NCBI RefSeq assembly: GCF_963921235.1
Contig: NC_086097.1
Span: 70,682,001 to 70,746,000 of the forward strand
Direction of reading: 5' to 3'
From: Mobula hypostoma
Taxonomy: Eukaryota
Length of the DNA stretch: 64,000 nucleotides
Shown here: piece by piece, positions 35,480 to 48,020 of the stretch
Layout of the letters: each line of letters begins with the position of its first letter
Position numbering within the stretch: the first letter of the stretch is position 1
Notes under the pieces: model-generated
What the model was told of the DNA's origin: nothing
Seen by the model: the letters and a program-made list of their open reading frames with translations, nothing else
Database searches by the model: none
Made by a program: the position numbers and the translations under genes

Positions 35480-37402
35480 CAGCGGTCCCCAACCACCGGG
35501 CCACGGACCGGTACCGGGCGCAAAGCATGTGCTACCAGGCCGCGAGGAAATGATATGATTTGGCGATATGAGTTAGCTGCACCTTTCTTCATTCCCTGTC
35601 ACGCCCACTGTTGAACTTGAACACACGCGAGGTCATTACCCACGCATCATCCATGTCAACGCGGGAAGGAAATCAACTCCTCGAGCTTGCAAATGACGAT
35701 GGGCTGAAAAGTATGTTTGACATAACATCTCTGCCGGCATTCTGGATCAAAGTCAAGGCTAAATATCCTGAGATAGCCACGAAATCACTGAAAACGTTGC
35801 TTCCATTTCCAACATATCTCTGCGAAGCGGGGTTTTCTGCAATGAATGCAACGAAAACTAAATTGTGGATGTTACGTACCCCGTAACTGGATTGCCAAAC
35901 CAGCAGAAATGGATCACGCAGTTGGAGTCTGGATTACTAGAACTAAGAAAGTTTTATTAAAGAAACAAGCAACACAGTACTCTTAATCACAAGGATAATG
36001 AATGCAACAGTTCAGCAATGATAAACATACATGTACACAGAATTCAGATAACAGGATCAATCAAGCTCTATCGTTGTCTAGGGGTAAATGACCAGTTTCA
36101 AAAATGACACAAAGTCCAGTTCAATTTAGTTCAGTTCGCAGTAATCGTTGCCATGGCGATGGACAGTGGGGGGGGGAGGAGAGAGCAAAACGAATGAATA
36201 TTCAAAACAGCTTCCACACACAGACCTTCGCAGTCAGCTTTCGTGCGAGCCCTTTGTGATGTCATCTGAGGTCACCGACCGTGACCCCTCCGTTTCCAGA
36301 TACGACCGTTGCTCTGCGCTGAACCTGGCACCCAGGCAAGGGTGGACACACACCAGGTTCCCGCCAATCGTGCCTTTCCACCCTGTGCGTTTATGGCCCT
36401 GTACTTCCCACCGACTTGTGAGAGGCGCACCGCTTCCAGGGTCTCGTTACCTCGGGTGTCGTGTGTGTCCTGCCTTAGCGAACCTGTCCCTTTTTATCCC
36501 CCTGCTGGGGTATCGCCTGTCCATCACTTCAAACAGTTCAGGGTTCAAAGGGGGAGCCGCTCTAGACAGCTCTCTCTCCCGTCCCTTCATTACACATCTC
36601 CAAATCGTCTATCCATCACTTCAAACAGTTCAGGGTTCAAAGGGGGAGCCGCTCTAGATAGCTCTCTCTCCCCCGTCCCTTCGTTACACATCTCCAAATG
36701 CTGCTCCATTGTCTTCCTTATCTCTCTCTCTCCCGAAGACAGGTGGCAGACCAACTGCTGATCACACAGGACAGCTAACATCTATGTGTATTCTTGTCAC
36801 ATGGAATAGACTGGACATAAGGAACCCCCTTTGAGTATCGCTGTCTCCCATCACCCCTCGATGGGACTGTCTTGTTGCAGGGAAACAAGCCCAGGGCCCC
36901 CACTGATTCAGCGATATTGGTGTGTTGCAATGACTTTATGTGTTCATACGGGGAAAATGTGTGCTGTGTGTTTAGTATCCAAACGTTACTTAAAATGTTA
37001 TGATGCTATTGACTTATAATTGACCTATCGCTATATTCATGCGCTGTGTTACATAAAACCTAAAATAACACTAACATATAGTAAAAGCAGGAATGATATG
37101 ATAAATACTCAGCTGATATAAAGTAGAAATAATGTATGTACAGTGTAGTTTCACTGACTGAACAGAATTGCCAAAAACGATTTGTAGACAAAAATGGGCA
37201 CGTATACGCATGTGCATGTCATGCATGTGCACACAGGTGCCCGCACAAGGCTTCGTGGTCATTGTAGTTTTTCTCGAGGTAAACACAACGTATTTGACTG
37301 CTACTCTTGTCCGTTGGCAACCCTACCCCCCGGTCGGCGGGTCCTCAAGAATATTGTCAATATTAAACCGGTCCGCAGTACAAAATAGGTTGGGGACTCC
37401 TG
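35480..37402 (+). mobile_element. hAT (Charlie3/MER1-like) deletion derivative with transposase C-terminal dimerization region
   Basis: TIRs CAGCGGTCCCCAACC / GGTTGGGGACTCCTG; perfect 8-bp TSD CTATATTG (35472-35479, 37403-37410); peptide FWIKVKAKYPEIATKSLKTLLPFPTYLCEAGFSAMNATKTKL resumes after the LTR as NRLDIRNP...LVAGKQAQGPH*. Confidence 0.92.
35870..36801 (-). mobile_element. Solo LTR (932 bp) inserted in the hAT transposase remnant
   Basis: TG...CA termini; 4-bp TSD TGGA (35866-35869, 36802-36805); minus-strand AATAAA near 35955 and GATAAAAA near 36495. Confidence 0.85.
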
Positions 37403-38257
37403 CTATATTGAGTTGGAGTTTATTGCTAAGTGTTGTGTAATTAACAATTCAGCAATATTTGAGTAATATTGAGCATTCTTGTTCAGTTAAATGATTCATT
37501 CTGGGTCATATGTAAAAGTACATGAATTGCATACGTCAATAAGTGCGCATTTCACTTAAAGTAAAAATGAACGTACATGAGTTATTTCCCGGTTCGGTGT
37601 TTCCTTTCAATTGGTTTTATGTTGTAAAATTACATAATGTAACATTTTTCTGCTAGATTCTATATGTATGTCAACACATGTTTGGAAGTGGAATCATTTA
37701 ACGAACAACCATTAGCCTTTACTGTTTGAGGTGATCCCAGGTTGAGTGGGCTTTTTGACATGATCCTACTGTTAGCACCTCTTCACCTCTGAACATGAAG
37801 GCAGCTTTTGATGCTAGGTAAATCTTCCATCTGGATTCTTGCCTATTAAATGTTACTACTTGAAGCCTGTTATGCAAGCTTTCTATGAGAAAGTATCAGA
37901 CCTTCTTGGTTCTTTCCCTAATTAATTTCCTGCAAGTATGTTAAAGTGAAAGTAAAATCAAAGCTCTTGGATCATAAAGACTTGTTGTGAATAACCATTA
38001 TTTTGTGAAACTTAATCTCTTACTAGTCCAACTCCTTTGTGTCAGTATCTGAGACTGCATCAAACTGGGTGTAAAGAATTCTCAATTATCATCTTAAAAA
38101 ACCTAAATAAAAGGTGGGTTGAAACTAATCAGGAAGTAATTTATGGCAATGATGTTGAATGGTTCTTCAGTGAGATCAATACCAATATCCTAGTGTCAGA
38201 AGTCAAAAGGTTAAGTAATGCATTTTGGAATTAATTTGAAGTTACCTTTCTGTCTCA

Positions 38258-39350
38258 TTTTCAAAGTTCAAAGTAAAATTTATTATCAGAGTATATATCT
38301 CACCACATACAACCAGAAGTTCTTTTTCTGTGGGCATACTTAGCAAATCTATAGAACAGTAATTGTAAACTGTAAACATTAGGACCTGTAAACAAACACT
38401 GCAAATGCAGATATAAATAAGTAGCAGTAAATAACAAGCACAAAATGGCAAGATAAAGAGTCTTTAAAGTGAGACCATCGGTTGTGGGAATACCAAGGTA
38501 GAATGTTCAAGAGCTTGGTGGTTGAGGGGTTGTAACTGTTCTTGAACCTGGGGTGCGAGTCCTGAGGCACCTGTACCTCTACCTGATGGCAGCAGTGAGA
38601 AAAGAGCATGGCCTGGGTGTTGAGGATCCTTGATGAGGGATGCTGTATTTCTACAGCCACGTTTCAGGCAGATGTGCTCAATGGTTGGGAGGGTTTTACC
38701 TGTGATGTACTGAGCCGAATCCACTACTTTTTGTAGGATTTTCCACTCAAAGACATTGGTCTTTCCATACCAGGACGTAATACAGACCGTCAGCACACTT
38801 TCCAACACACATCTATAGAAATTTATCAAGATTTTTGATGACATAGAGAATCTTTGCAGACTCCTGAGGAAGAAGAGGCGCTGTCGTGCTTTCTTTGCAA
38901 TAATATTTATATGATGGGTCCAGGACAGGTCTTCTGAGATAATGACACCCAGGAATTTAAAGTTACTGACCCTCTCTGCCTCATATCTTCCAAAAATTAC
39001 TGGCTCATGGACATCTGATTTGCCTTTCCTGGAATCTACAATCGGTTCCTTGGTCTTATTAATATTGAGAGAGAGAGAGGTTGATGTTATGACATCACTC
39101 AGCTATGTTTTCAGTCTTCCTCCTCTATGCTGATTCATCACCCCTTTGATAAGGCCCACAACAGCGGTGTCATCAGCAAACTTGCATATGGTGTTGGAGC
39201 TGTACTTAGCCACACAGTCATAGGCAAGTAAACATGAGAGTAAATACACATCCTTGTAGTGTTCCTGTGCTGACGGAGATTGTGGAGGAGATGTTGTTGC
39301 CACACTCACAAGTGAGGAAATCCAGGGTTCAATTGCGCAAGGGGAGTTCC
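38258..39350 (-). mobile_element. Rex1/Babar LINE 3' portion
   Basis: ORFs 39103-39309 (YDCVAKYSSNTICKFADDTAVVGLI) and 38464-38844 (FYRCVLESVLTVCITSWYG...LFSLLPSG). Confidence 0.9.
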
Positions 39351-40317
39351 CAGGTTTTTCTTGGAATTTACTGATTTTATTTCTGAAATTTCACAATTGA
39401 ATTGTTCTATTTCAGTCCCATAGGTTATTTGCTTTCAAATACCAGACTGAACAACCTGTTTGCCACTTCTAACTAACAAGGTCATATAGGACGCTGCTGC
39501 TGACACTTGTGTAGGGGCCAATCTAAACCAAACCAAAACCAAAACAATTGCGCTGCCGGCAACCTGACAGGTTTGTTATACGTGCATGACGCGCCCTCAG
39601 TCCTGTAATGATTGTTCCAAAAGTCGAGGATATGCATTCGATCCTTTATAAGCAATTAGCTAACACACGATCTTGAAGCGATGAAACTTAAGTGTAATTA
39701 AGCGTAGGTGTTTTGCGTAATTCAGTGTTATTGAGTGAAATTGAGCAGTCAGCAAAAGATACGACTTCCGTCGGACCCCGGCTACTACAAACTGCAATAA
39801 GCAAAGCATGAAGACGTAACTTATTCCGTTCGCTTTCACCACGCTCACACTCATGTAACTAGTTACCATAATAAACATGCAGCACAGAATACAATGCAGA
39901 TAGAGAACAGATGCATGGCTCCTACAGCTTAAAGTGACACTACCTAGTTTATTATGTATTGTGGTTTATAAAGCCCAGGTATTTATATGGTGTTTTAATT
40001 TCATAATGTGTCAGGATTTAGAAGCCTGCATGTCAGCAAACTTTAATTGTGTTTATACAGTGCTGAATCTATGCAGTGAAACAAATAATGTAAGTAACTT
40101 CAGGTTCTGTACCAAACTACTCTGTTAGTATTTGCTTTCCACTTGGGTCTGCATAACATGGGAGATGGTAGTGGGGGCTATCCTGTGTGCCAGATTTTGA
40201 TAGATCCTCTGGGGAAGGTTTTCATTCTACTTGCTGCATGCAGAGGTGTCTGTTCTCACTGACCTGTGGGGATTGGGAAAGGGAAGAGAAAACTTAGTGC
40301 ACAAGCTTCCTCTAAAG

Positions 40318-40398
40318 CAGGGATTCCCAGCCTTTGTTATGCCTCGGACCCCTACCATTAACTGCATGGTCCTTGGAACCCCAGGTTGGGGACCCCTG
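40318..40398. mobile_element. ~80-bp hAT-type MITE
   Basis: CAGGGATTCCCAGCC...GGTTGGGGACCCCTG; flanks CTCTAAAG/CTCTATAA. Confidence 0.7.
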
Positions 40399-41499
40399 CT
40401 CTATAAAGTTTAGAATCAAATCTAAGTTTCTTAGGTCAGCGTGTTGAGTCATTAAGATGCTCTTAAGATCAACTTTGTAATCATCTATACTGGAGTGCTG
40501 TAACAGTAGGTTTCATCTCGGAAAAGTTTGCTTTCTTAAGACTGAATTGTCTGTCTGTACGAATCTTTCCTGGGTTAAGGCAGATCTGGGACACCATTTC
40601 CTTAAGGTAATTAAAAGTTTACTCATTAGTAGATTATGGAATTAAGCTGCAGTATCTGTCCAATTGCTGTGTGATCACAGAAAAGTATTTAACATGTTAG
40701 TCACGTTTTGGCAACAACACCGTAGAATATGGGAAATGAAATGCTGGTCCATCCTGTTCTGGAACATACCAGACATTAGCTCATGTATTATTTGATCTAA
40801 TAAATACCTCTGTGTCAGCATTTCAGGATCAACTTAAATGTGCTCTCGTTTCCTCAGAGTGAAGCAAATTTTAGAGAATAAAATCCAACTAGTTGATAGA
40901 AAGCGCAATGTATTTAACAGAGACACAGGAGTACTTTGCAAGTTTTCAAAATGATGCATTCATTTGCCATTACCGCTGGCAAAAGATAGTGCAAGATGAC
41001 GAATAAAACATCCAGCAATATTTCAGTAGAGGGTTCATTTTACAAATAAACGATGATTCACTGCTATACACTCAGTGGCCACTTTATTAGGGACCTTCTG
41101 TACCTGCTAAGTAGTGGGTTTTGATAAGCAAGTGACAGATGTGCAGGGAGTACAGAATTGTAATACTCATTTATGTTTCATGTCAAATTTAGCACATACA
41201 GTTCAATCCTCTGACCCCTGTCGTCAACAAGGAAGGAGGCTGTTGTCTTTCTCCTGTGAAAGTGCCTGGAGCATGGTCTAGTCATAACTAATTAGGGCCA
41301 CCAGAAGCCCGTGACCTACAAAATAGATGGTGACTGGAGAGCGTGCAGAGGGACACTCACATGGAACAGGTACTTCAGTGCTGTCAAGACCATTTTTGGC
41401 TAAAACCTCTGAAATGCAAGAATGGAAGTAAATTCATCAGACAGTCAACATTTACAGAAGAGGACACTTTGAATTCTTCATTAAATGTGTGCTTAACAT

Positions 41500-43745
41500 G
41501 AACACCCTTGAATCCAGTCCATCGCAATCTATTTAGTCCAATTTTGCTGCCGCTTCTGACTAACAAAATCCTTTCCCCAGTTAAAAAAATTACAGGAGAG
41601 GAACAGGAAATATCTCTATTGAGATTTTAAAGCTCAGTGGTGAAGCAATTCAGTTTTGAATTCACAATATCGTTTTGCAGTAGCGGGAAGAGGAGGATAT
41701 TCCAAGGAACCTCAGTAATTGTGACCATCTTCAAGGAAAGAAATGGAGTTCGACTGTGATGCCTACAGAGCAGCTTCTCTGATTCCTGCATAGGGAAGGA
41801 CTTTGCCAGGTTCCTCGTCGACTACCTCTTCCCAGTGCTGAGTTGCAGTGTGGATTTCCTGCATCCAGAAGCAAAGTCAAGATGATCTTCACTGCTCTCT
41901 AACTCCAAGGGAAATACGGTGAGCAATAAGAGCAGCTACCCACTGCCTTCTTTTACTTCAGCTTTTGGACTGTTTGACACCATCAGCTGGGAGGGACCCT
42001 CCTCCAACTTCATCAGCATTCTATGCCTGCTCAATGATGCCCGGCAAACGGTGATCTTACTTACTGGAGAATCAATCTAAGGGAAGACCAGTGATCTCAT
42101 TGCTGCAGGTTTTGTCACTTTTCCTTGCTGGATTATTGCAAGTAACCTCCAACAAAAATTTCCTGTGGGAGTGGAGCTAATCCTTAGAACTAGTGGGAAG
42201 TTGTTCAACCGGAAATGACAACACTAGATCAACCTCCACAGCTGAGCAGAGGAAGATTACCTTTGTGTTTGCTTTGAGGCTATGCTCCAGGCATCACTGA
42301 TTCATGGAAACTTAGGAGAGATGGTCCTTAGATCTAGCTTCTACAAATGTCTTATTGCCCAACTTGCCCTGCTATGCTACCCGTCCTCTGTGAGACCTGG
42401 AAAACATAGACTAGTTGTGCATATCTGCTGTAAAACTCATTGCTAATCAATCAGCAGTGATCCCTATTTTCCTGTATGCTTCAAAGTATAAGCTTCCTAA
42501 AGTAGGCACACAAGGTGGACGAATACCATCCACACTGTCTCTGCACAATCTTCCTTATTTTTTTGGAAGGACAAATGGATCAACCAGTGTAATCTTCCAG
42601 GCCAATCTCCCCGTAAATGAGGCCCAAATTGATTGAAGGAACTGATTGTAGACTTCAAGAAGGGGAAGTTGAGGGAACAGACACCAGTCCTCATTGAGGG
42701 ATCAGCACTGGGAAGGGTGAGCAGTTTTAAGTTTCTGGGTGTTAACATCTCTGAGGGTCTATCCTTGGCCCAACATATTGATACAATTACAAAGAAAGCA
42801 CAACAGGGGCTATATTTCATTGGGAGTTTGAGGAGATTTTTTATGTCACCAAAGATTAAAAAATTACTACAGATGTACCATGGAGAACATTCTAACTGGG
42901 TGCACTACTGTCTGGCATGGTGGAGCCCTTGCACAGGATTGGGAAAAGCTGCCAAGGGTTGCAAGTAAACCTGCTCCATCATGGGCACTATCCTCCCCAG
43001 TATCGAGGATGTCTTTAAAAGGCGATGCCTCAAAAAGGCAGCAGCCATCATTCGGAAGCCCCTGTCACCCAGGTCATTCCCTCCTCATTGCTATCTTCAG
43101 GAAGGAGGTACAGGAGCCACACTCACGCAACATTTTAGGATCCAGCTTCTTCCTCTCTGCCATCAGATTTCTGAACGGACAATGAATCAATGTACACTAC
43201 CCCATTTTTTTTGCATTCTTTTTGCTCTAATTTAATTTTATATATACACATCTATATTTCTTATTGTAAATGTGTTCTTATTTATTATGTATTGCAATGT
43301 ACAACAAATTTCACAACCTATGCCAGTGATATTAAACCTGATTGTGATCATAGATCAAGCTACTTCATTTGTGTACCCAGTACCAGTGTCCTAAAACCAT
43401 CTTTCTGTTCCAAGGTTTGTCAAGGGAAGAGATTAAGCTGGATGGAAGAAAAGATAGAAGCATGTGCTCAAAGCCTGCAAACCCCACTCCACTGACTCTT
43501 CGGAATTACTCGCCCTCAACCATGGAGAAGGATTGTATTGACAATTCTGAGTCCAAGCATCAGGAGTGCTCAGAATCCATCTGTAAATGGCAGAAAGGGT
43601 GCGCCACCTGCCCATCTCATTGAGGTTTCTAGCCTTATCAATGGGAGAGTCTGCAATTCCATATTGTCCATATTATTGATCTTCTAATCCCTAAAAACAG
43701 CCTGGAAGCAAGTCCTCCTCAATGCGCAGGAACTGCCTAGGAAGA
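41500..43745 (+). mobile_element. Old RTE-clade LINE remnant, interrupted by Rex1
   Basis: Degenerate VTIFK and QCGF..SRSKVKMIFTAL*LQGK (cf. QCGFR...DMIFTARQLQEK) at ~41720-41920. Confidence 0.5.
42630..43345 (+). mobile_element. Rex1/Babar LINE 3' end
   Basis: KELIVDFKK...VSSFKFLGVNISEGLS...KKAQQGLYFIGSLRRF and ENILTGCTTVWHG. Confidence 0.88.
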
Positions 43746-43887
43746 AGATATTTACTGTTCTTGTGTATGTAGTGAATACCCACTCATTTACTGTAAAGAC
43801 CTTTATTTTTGAGCCATAAATTCATTGTCATTAGAGAAACCAAGCACCATGATACCAAGTCTGTACTGACATCAACCACCCATCCTA

Positions 43888-44927
43888 CACACAGTGGCTA
43901 TTATATTAGGTACACCTGCTAATTAATGCAAATATCTAATCATTCAATCATATGGCAGCAACGCAATGGATAAAAGCATGCACACATGGTGAAGAGGTTC
44001 AGTTGCTATTCGGACCAAACATCAGAATGGGGAAGAAATGTGACCTACATAACTTTGACCGTGGAATGATTGTTGGTTTCAGACAGGGTGATTTGAGTAT
44101 CTCAGAAACTTGATGTCCTGGGATTTTCGCACACAAGAGAGAGTGCAGAGGAGATTATAAGGGTGTTGCCTGGATTGGAGAGCGTGCCTTATGAGAATAG
44201 GTTGAGTGAACTTGGCCTTTTCTCCTTAGAGCGACGGAGGATGAGAGGAGACCAGATAGAGGTGTATAAGATGATGAGAGACATTGATCATGTGGATAGC
44301 AGAGGCTTTTTACCAGGGTTGAAATGGCTAACACGAGAGGGCACAGTTTTAACGTGCTTGGAAGTAGGTACAAGGGGGATGTCAGAGGTAAGTTTTTCAC
44401 ACAGAGTGTGGAGGGTCGGTGGAATTCACTGCCAACGAAAGTGGTAGAGACGGATACAATAGAGTCTTTTAAGGACTCTTAGATAGGTACATGGAGTTTA
44501 GAAAGATGGAAGGCTATGTAGTAGGGAAATTATAGGCTGTTTCTAGAGTAGGTTGCATGGTCGGCACAACGTTGTGGGCAGAAGGGCCTGTAATGTGCTG
44601 TAAATTTTCTGTGTTTCTGTGTTTCTTAACAGTTTCTGGGGTTTACAGAGAATTGTGCGAAGAAACAAAAAAAAAATCCAAGGATAGACAGTTCTAGGGG
44701 CAAAAATGCCTTGTTAATGAGAGAGGTCAAAAGAGAATGGTCAAACTAGTTCAAGCTGACAGGAAGGAGGCAGTAACTCAAACAGTGGTGTGCAGAAAAG
44801 TATCTCTGATCATACAACACATCGATCTTCGGGAGTGGATGGCGTATAGCAGCAGAAGTCCATGAACATACACTCAGTGGCCACTTTATTAGGTACAGGC
44901 AGTAACTAATAAAGTGGCCACGAAGTG
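43888..44927 (+). mobile_element. Tc1/mariner deletion derivative interrupted by CR1
   Basis: TA|CACACAGTGGC...GTGGCCACGAAGTG|TA; transposase start MGKKCDL...FDRGMIVG near 44027; internal extra TIR at 44871. Confidence 0.88.
44137..44627 (+). mobile_element. CR1 3' end inserted in Tc1
   Basis: LPGLESVPYENRLSELGLFSLERRRMRGDQIEVYKMM; very similar to 501-990. Confidence 0.9.
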
Positions 44928-44934
44928 TATGTTA

Positions 44935-45180
44935 ATCCCACATTTTACTCTCCCCATTTTTTCATGAATATCCAGCCCGGATTCATCTTCTATCTTCACT
45001 CTAGGGGCAGTTTACAGTGGCCAATTTACCTAGAAATTCTGTTGGCTTCAGGATGTGGGAAACTGGTGCGCTCGTAGGAAACTCATGTAGATGCAAGAAG
45101 AACATGTGAACTTCATGCGGACTGCACTTGAGGTTATAATTAAACCATTCTCTCTGGCATTGTGGGGCAGCTGCACCACT
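44935..45180 (-). mobile_element. Decayed V-SINE
   Basis: Reverse V domain GGATGTGGGAAACTGGTGCGCTCGTAGGAAACTCATG...GAACATGTGAACT. Confidence 0.55.
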
Positions 45181-45569
45181 TAGAACGATTCCTTATTTTC
45201 TTATTAGAAAGGAATGACAAATGTTGGTAATCTTATTACTCCAGTCCAAACGTTGGCGATAAACGACTTCTTCATGTTGTGAAATAAATGTAATAATGGA
45301 TTAAAATGGAAAGGTGTAGAAAACGTCATCAAATATTATATGTAAAAGATAAGGTTATCTCCCTGATTTTCCAAAATTTGCTACGATCTCAGTTCTGTTT
45401 TATGTTTCCGTTTTTATTTTAGAGATTAAAACTTGATCAATATTAAATAATATTGCATTTCCATGTGAGCATAACTCAAAAATTAATCTGAAGAACATTC
45501 TGATTTGTTGATATCTTCTGAATTTAAGAATATCAACATTAAATTGGGCAGAAATCACCATTCCAGTGT

Positions 45570-47270
45570 ACCAGTGATGCCTCCCTTCCTCCCTGACGCT
45601 GTAAACAATTTCTATGTACGCTTTGAGGCATGTGACACAACGCCAGCCACAAAAGCTGCCCTGCTTCCAGGTGATCAGCCACTGTCTTTAACAGCAGCAG
45701 ATGTGAGAAGGACTCTGCAGAGAGCCAACCCCATGTAAGGCTGCCAGGCTAGAAGTCATCCCAGGACGAGTACTCAGGGAGTGTGCACTCCAGCTCACTT
45801 TCTTCTTCACTGACATCTTCAACACTTTACTCATGCAGGCTGCTGTCCCCATATGCTTCAAATCAATTTTTATCATCCCTGTACTAAAGAACTCTGCACC
45901 TTCAGAACTAAACGACTGACGCCAATCATCGTGAAGTGCTTTGAACAGCTGGTAGTAGCACATGTCCAAAGCTCCATTCCTGCCACATTGGACACCCACC
46001 GATATGCTCACTGACAGAATTGCTCTACGACAGTCGCCTTAGCATCAGTCATGCACCTGGCACTGACACACCTAGAAAACAAGGACTCTCATTTCAGAAT
46101 GCTGTTTCTTGATTTCTGTTTGACATTTAACACTATTGTCCCACAGATCATGGTGAAGAAACTCTATTTCCTCAGTCTAAATACACCACCGTGCAACTGG
46201 GTGTTGGACTTCCTAACCAACAGACATCAGCTGGTCAGGATGCACAACTGCTGCTCCCTCCCCATTAACCATCATCTGCAACATGGATAACTCCCCGCAC
46301 CCTCCCCCACCGCCAACCAGGTCTGTGTGCTGAACCCAATGCTGTATACTCTGCTCACACATGATGGCACGGCCAAACACCTGAGTAATCAGGTTTTCAA
46401 GCTCGCCAAAGACGCAGTGGTGGTGGGGCTCTTCACCAACAACGATAGCCCACAGAAAGGAGGCGGAAGAACTTGAGGCCTGGTGCTAGGCAAATAACCT
46501 CTTCCCCAATGTCAACAAGACAAAGCAGATGGTTATGGACTTCAGGAAAACCCACACGACTCAAATCCCTTTTCACCTCAGTGGCACCGCAGCGGAAACT
46601 GCAAGCAGTTTCAAACTCTTGGGAGTGCAAACCTCTTCTCATCTCAGAACACATCCTCCACAGTCAAGAAAGCTCACCAATGCCTGTACTTTCTGAGGAG
46701 GCTGAAGAGAGCTGGACTATGTACATCAATACTCTCGACCTTCTGCAGATGCACAGTGGAGTGTATCCTAACATGCTACATCATTGCATGGTACAGAAAC
46801 TGCACTGCGGCCAACAGGAAGTCTGTGCAACGGCAGCAACTTATCTGCCATCAAGGACATACATATAGAATGGATCTGGAAAAAGGCCAGCGATATCATG
46901 AAGGATCCTACCCACCCTGCTCAGGGACTGTTTGTCCCACTCCCATCAGGAGTGTAGCCTCCACAGGAGGACCACCAGACTCAAAAACAGTTACTCACGC
47001 CAAGCAGTGAGGCTGGTCAGCATCCCCACTCACTAGCTCACCCCACCGCCAATACTTCTATCATTTCCTGTCAGAATCACTATAGGTACAAGCACTCCTG
47101 TAATTAGCATCACTTTATGGAGAACCTATATATACAGCATATTCTATCTTATATATTTATATTTATTATGTTTATCTTATTGTGTTTTTTTGTGCTGTAT
47201 CAGATCTGGAGTAACAGTTATTTTGTTCTCCTCTGCTCTTGTGTACTGGAAATGAATTAAACAAGCTTGA
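45570..47270 (+). mobile_element. Rex1/Babar LINE RT region and 3'UTR, decayed
   Basis: VNNFYVRFE...DVRRTLQR; HLALTHLENKDSHFRMLFLDF...FNTIVPQ...CNWVLDFLTNR; ECILTCYIIAWY. Confidence 0.9.
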
Positions 47271-47718
47271 ACCTTAAATTTATCCTATAAAGATCATTGC
47301 CTTTTATTGTTTAAGTTTCATTATCACTATAAATGTTGCCTTTGTGTCTTTTGAAATGAATCTCATAGAATTGATCGCATTGGACCTTAAGCTCCCAATA
47401 TTTCCATCTCCAGAGTAAAATCATTGGGGCAAAATGCTTCATGCCAGTATCGTGCATTTTCCTTCGTAGTTTAACTCACTCTCTTTGCACTGAGAAGAGT
47501 GCTTATTAAAATATTTTTGCTGTTACTGGTTTGCTTGGGTATGTTTTATAATCAGATAATAAAACCAAGTTGACAATAAAATGAAAAATGTAGACATTAT
47601 TTAAAGTATATCTGTACAGGCTACATTTAGCACCCCAGGTAGTCCAATAAAATTATTGGTTGATTTACAGTGTTGTTATTTTCTGTTTTAAATCTCTAGT
47701 ATTTAACTATTCCTCTAG

Positions 47719-48020
47719 TGTCAGCTGTGGCTCAGTGGGTAGTACTCTTTTCTCTGAGTCAGATGATTCTTGGTTCAAGTTCTTGGAGCTCAAAATCCAA
47801 GTGGGCACTCCACTGAAGGAATACTACACTTGGAGGCGCTGTCTTTGCAGTGTGATGTTATGTGTAGACCCTTTCTACGCTTTTGAGTTCTTCCTAATGT
47901 CCAGTCAATAATTCCTCCTCAGCATCACCATAACAAAGACTGGCTTTGGTTGCCTGTGAAAGTATATTGTGTGCAAAGTTATTACACTTTAGAGTGCTGC
48001 AAGTATTAAAGCACTTAACT
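47719..48020 (+). mobile_element. Deu-domain SINE (SacSINE1-like), old
   Basis: tRNA-like head GTCAGCTGTGGCTCAGTGGGTAG...GGTTCAAGT followed by GGAGGCGCTGTCTTT body. Confidence 0.5.

Larger units (their letters stand above)
31093..37644 (+). mobile_element. Full-length decayed Gypsy LTR retrotransposon (Mag/K02A2.6-like)
   Basis: 5' LTR 31093-31326 and 3' LTR 37431-37644 align and end in TAACA; TTTT flanks; gag (CYCCGRGSHTPDQC...CRKCNKVGHILRTC), protease (LDTG), RT (VPVAKRNGSFRICDDFKITINP), RH (PIAFASCSLTTAEKNY), IN (PWQRVHVDFAGPF); many stops and frameshifts. Confidence 0.92.

Noticed and set aside
35611..35886. Domesticated ZBED/SCAND3-like host gene exon
   Set aside because: Lies between hAT TIRs with a TSD and is interrupted by an LTR; a transposase remnant
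36148..36761. 169-aa and 150-aa ORFs
   Set aside because: Lie within a solo LTR, overlap each other and include the 92-bp duplication; no recognisable domain
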